Virus record (IMG/VR): IMGVR_UViG_3300022407_001247
Span: 1 to 54,409 of that record
From: a virus
Lineage: Duplodnaviria; Caudoviricetes
Reading direction: 5' to 3' (one strand)
Length of the DNA stretch: 54,409 bases
Shown here: positions 53,687 through 54,409 of the stretch, piece by piece
How positions within the stretch are numbered: position 1 is the stretch's first letter
Layout of the letters: the number at the start of each line of letters is the position of its first letter
Notes under the pieces: generated by a model
What the model saw: the letters and a program-made list of their open reading frames with translations, nothing else
What the model was told of the DNA's origin: nothing
Database searches by the model: none
Made by a program: the position numbers and the translations under genes

Positions 53687-53892
53687 CTAAAGAAGAAATC
53701 ATCCGCATGGCGCGTGAGGCTGGGTTTGCTGATTCTGAAGGGGTAGTACACGCCGCGTATCAGCTTGAGCGCTTTTTCAAAGCCGCCTACGCCGCAGGAG
53801 CAGCAGCCGAGCGAGAGGCGTGTGCAATGGTGGCCGAGCAGCGAAGCGAACCGGGCACTGCGGCTTTCATCCGCGAAAGGGGAAACACATGA
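53683..53892 (+). CDS. Hypothetical early protein
   Basis: 'MTKEEIIRMAREAGF..AEREACA' small phage protein family; coupled. Confidence 0.7.
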   Translation: MTKEEIIRMAREAGFADSEGVVHAAYQLERFFKAAYAAGAAAEREACAMVAEQRSEPGTAAFIRERGNT

Positions 53893-54272
53893 CTGACAGA
53901 GAAGTGATGCAGCAGGCGCTGGAGGCGTTGGTTAAATCAACGGGCGAGTTGCACAGGTACTACAGCAGTCCAACGGACATGCAAATCCTACTCAATCACA
54001 AAGTTATCACCACCCTGAAAGCCGCACTGGCACAGTCAGAGCAGGAGCCGAGTCAGTGGCGCGACATGGTGGTGGTCAGCCTAGTCCGAGAGGGCATCAA
54101 CAAGCACAAGGCACGGGAATTGGCTGATCACTTTGCCACCCCACCCGCAGCACAGCGCAAGTCTCTGACGGACGATCAACTTGATGAAATTGCTGTAATT
54201 GCGAGAAGGGGCAATTTGCATGACCTTCGTATTGCCATCGAAGCCGCCCACGGCATTAAGGAGGGGACATGA
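53889..54272 (+). CDS. Hypothetical early protein
   Basis: 'MQQALEAL', 'LTDDQ' and 'AIEAAHGI' motifs; coupled. Confidence 0.7.
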   Translation: MTDREVMQQALEALVKSTGELHRYYSSPTDMQILLNHKVITTLKAALAQSEQEPSQWRDMVVVSLVREGINKHKARELADHFATPPAAQRKSLTDDQLDEIAVIARRGNLHDLRIAIEAAHGIKEGT

Positions 54273-54409
54273 CACAAGAACGATTGACGGCCCTTGAAGA
54301 TGTTGCTGCCTTGGCAACAATTGGGGCGACTTATCCGGAACTGATGCTTTATTTGCAAGCTGAAATGGCGAAGTGTGAGCAAGCCCTTGCAGCACAGCCA
54401 GAGCAGGAG
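54269..54409 (+). CDS. 5' part of the gene that continues into 2..421
   Basis: ATG 54269 with RBS; reads through the circular junction. Confidence 0.75.
   Translation, partial: MTQERLTALEDVAALATIGATYPELMLYLQAEMAKCEQALAAQPEQE
54283..54409. repeat. Terminal direct repeat, right copy
   Basis: Identical to 1..127 (attgacggcc...gagcaggag). Confidence 0.95.

Noticed and set aside
1-54409. Stop-codon reassignment, introns/inteins, tRNA or rRNA genes
   Set aside because: Genes tile densely under the standard code. TerL, polymerase, helicase and primase are uninterrupted and of normal size. No cloverleaf was seen in the short gaps (tRNAscan not run).

Overview
This is a complete, circularly permuted genome (54,282 bp plus a 127-bp terminal overlap) of a tailed dsDNA phage. 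It looks podovirus-like: there are ejection-type proteins and a tail nozzle, but no tape measure, integrase or tRNA was recognised. The gene types suggest a freshwater proteobacterial host (inference). The minus strand (~1.1-40 kb) carries primase-helicase, VRR-NUC, TerS/TerL, portal, GroES-like chaperone, scaffold, capsid, tail adaptors, three tailspikes, lysis genes and internal virion proteins. The plus strand (~40.1-54.4 kb, wrapping to 1.1 kb) carries a Cro-like regulator, SNF2 helicase, DUF2800, DUF932, SSB, a six-gene nucleotide/DNA-modification cassette, a family-B DNA polymerase and many small early genes. The best candidate for a new system is the cassette at 45.8-50.6 kb. It encodes a T4-gp42-like hydroxymethylase that keeps the cytosine-specifying Asp, an amino-acid:DNA-transferase-like protein and a PLP-dependent decarboxylase-like protein. 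I know that machinery only from thymine hypermodification, and here an SGNH-like protein is present but the usual activating kinase is not. This points to an amino-acid-derived hypermodified cytosine. Also found were two promoter classes, a pseudoknotted RNA after the capsid gene, an iteron/IHF origin candidate, a direct-repeat-flanked tailspike cassette and a shared xAxGG peptide motif in probable virion proteins. All family assignments come from recognising motifs by eye; no database search was run.
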